From contig OZ316895.1 in assembly GCA_973895155.1 (NCBI GenBank), positions 12,407,929 through 12,471,928 on the forward strand: a stretch of DNA of 64,000 nt, written 5' to 3'. Shown piece after piece: positions 62,737 through 64,000 of this stretch; the first letter of the stretch is position 1; every line of letters starts with the position of its first letter. Both the position numbers and the translations under genes were made by a program. The notes beneath the pieces are model-generated. The model worked only from the letters and a program-made list of their open reading frames with translations. It had not been told where the DNA came from and made no database searches. The DNA comes from Marsupella aquatica (lineage: Eukaryota; Plantae; Marchantiophyta).

Positions 62737-64000
62737 CTAAGATTCCATCGGATTGTTTGGCTGTGTCTGTTTGCTCAAAAGACCCCGAATTTTCACGTCG
62801 TACAAAACCTCCTCCACTTTCTTCAAATCATATTTCAGACCTGTTGAAACCCAGCATTCACAAACATGAAAATCTCAAGAACGGTGTGATGATCCATCAT
62901 CAGAAGTTAACGTGACCATCTGTTTACAAAGAATTGTGAATTACAAAGACTCTGCTCCAAACTCCAAACTCCAAACTCCAAATGTAGGTGCAACTACTCA
63001 CCGTCAAATCGCTTTCTCAAAGTGTCGTTGCGGAGATTCAGAATTCGAAATGCAGAATACAATTCCCTCAAGAATGAGGAGACCTCAATCGGGCAATCGT
63101 GGTCTCCAACTGTCACCCTATTGACACAATACCTGGGCTGCCATGCAACCAAGAATAAATGACTCGAGCCACATTTTCCGTTAGCAACACAATTCCATCG
63201 TCCTCACCTTAGGGTTACACTATTTCTCTCGTCTGGCAAATGCCAGCCAGTACTTTCTGCTCCTTGCCATAATTGGAGATATCTGGACGTTAAATAGACT
63301 TCATATAGTACTACAGGGACGAATGATTCGTCGTCCAAATATATGATCTCATAGACTAAAAAGCAAGTAACAATCAATGCGTACGAATTCTCTCCTTCAA
63401 ACAATTAAGCGCCGATGAAATGAAGATACCAGCTCATTGGAGACATTGCAGAGACCTGCACACAGGGACAACGTAGAAGTCGTAGTGGTTGATCTGTCAG
63501 GTGTGGAAAAATGTTGATAGCAATGACAGATGTAAGCATTACATAGGTATTACGAGGAATGATCTCAGAAAAGACTATTCATCTAGACTTAAGAAACCCC
63601 ACGTACCGATAAGGTAGTCCTCTATGTCGATGCCGAAGTCTTCCGATTTCACTGCATGCCAGCATTGAGATTTAACGGTAGTGACAATCCAAAATGACAG
63701 ACTGTCAATTCTCAATCTAGGGAACAGATTGGATATAAATCAGGGTGCAGCATTCCAAACAGGACGTGGTCTACAGACAAAATAACATTACTCACGTGAG
63801 AGCCATTGTACAGGATAATATCGGTATAAACCATCGGAAACGAAAAACCCAAACGCAGCTTTAACACAAATACAGAAGGTCGGGGTCGTAGCTAAGTCAC
63901 CACAAATTTACAAGACCGAAAAGAAAGAAGCATAGAAGCTGAGAGACAGTATTGAAAGTACTTGAACTTACAGCCTAGCAGGATCTCTGCCTCGGAATGG
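62737..64000 (-). CDS. TSN: Translin, 3' part; exons 64000-63972 (partial), 63651-63607, 63455-63430, 63137-63002, 62840-62737
   Basis: Spliced translation HSEAEILLGLKSEDFGIDIEDYLIGLCNVSNELPRYCVNRVTVGDHDCP...FRILNLRNDTLRKRFDGLKYDLKKVEEVLYDVKIRGL. Confidence 0.93.

Overview
Eukaryotic, land-plant DNA; gene and TE content suggest a non-seed plant such as a bryophyte (inference). Host genes: an intronless OVATE-family protein (7136-9154, +), a 2-exon LLP/LAPS18 homolog (25478-26567, +), an 8-exon R3H + G-patch gene (51023-56481, +), an intronless YqaJ/lambda-exonuclease-like gene (~60.5-61.7 kb, +) and the 3' part of translin (-, runs off the right end). There is also a disrupted UBLCP1 pseudogene (10780-13588, -). 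About half of the window is transposon. It includes a 5'-truncated RLE-type (CRE-like) non-LTR fragment and a nearly intact 6.65-kb PIF/Harbinger element (43-bp TIRs, TTA TSD). A second Harbinger-type element spans 28065-49128 (20-bp TIRs, ATT TSD) and is inflated by nested Ty3/gypsy retroelements. The most striking observation is that the gypsy element's 3' LTR appears to start right after the PPT at 36880 and end at 41491 (~4.6 kb). A ~1,200-codon accessory ORF (globular domain + long coiled coil) lies entirely inside that LTR. This copy seems to have inserted into the LTR of a diverged family member (41492-45343), and a distantly homologous accessory ORF lies in the opposite orientation at 30090-31856.
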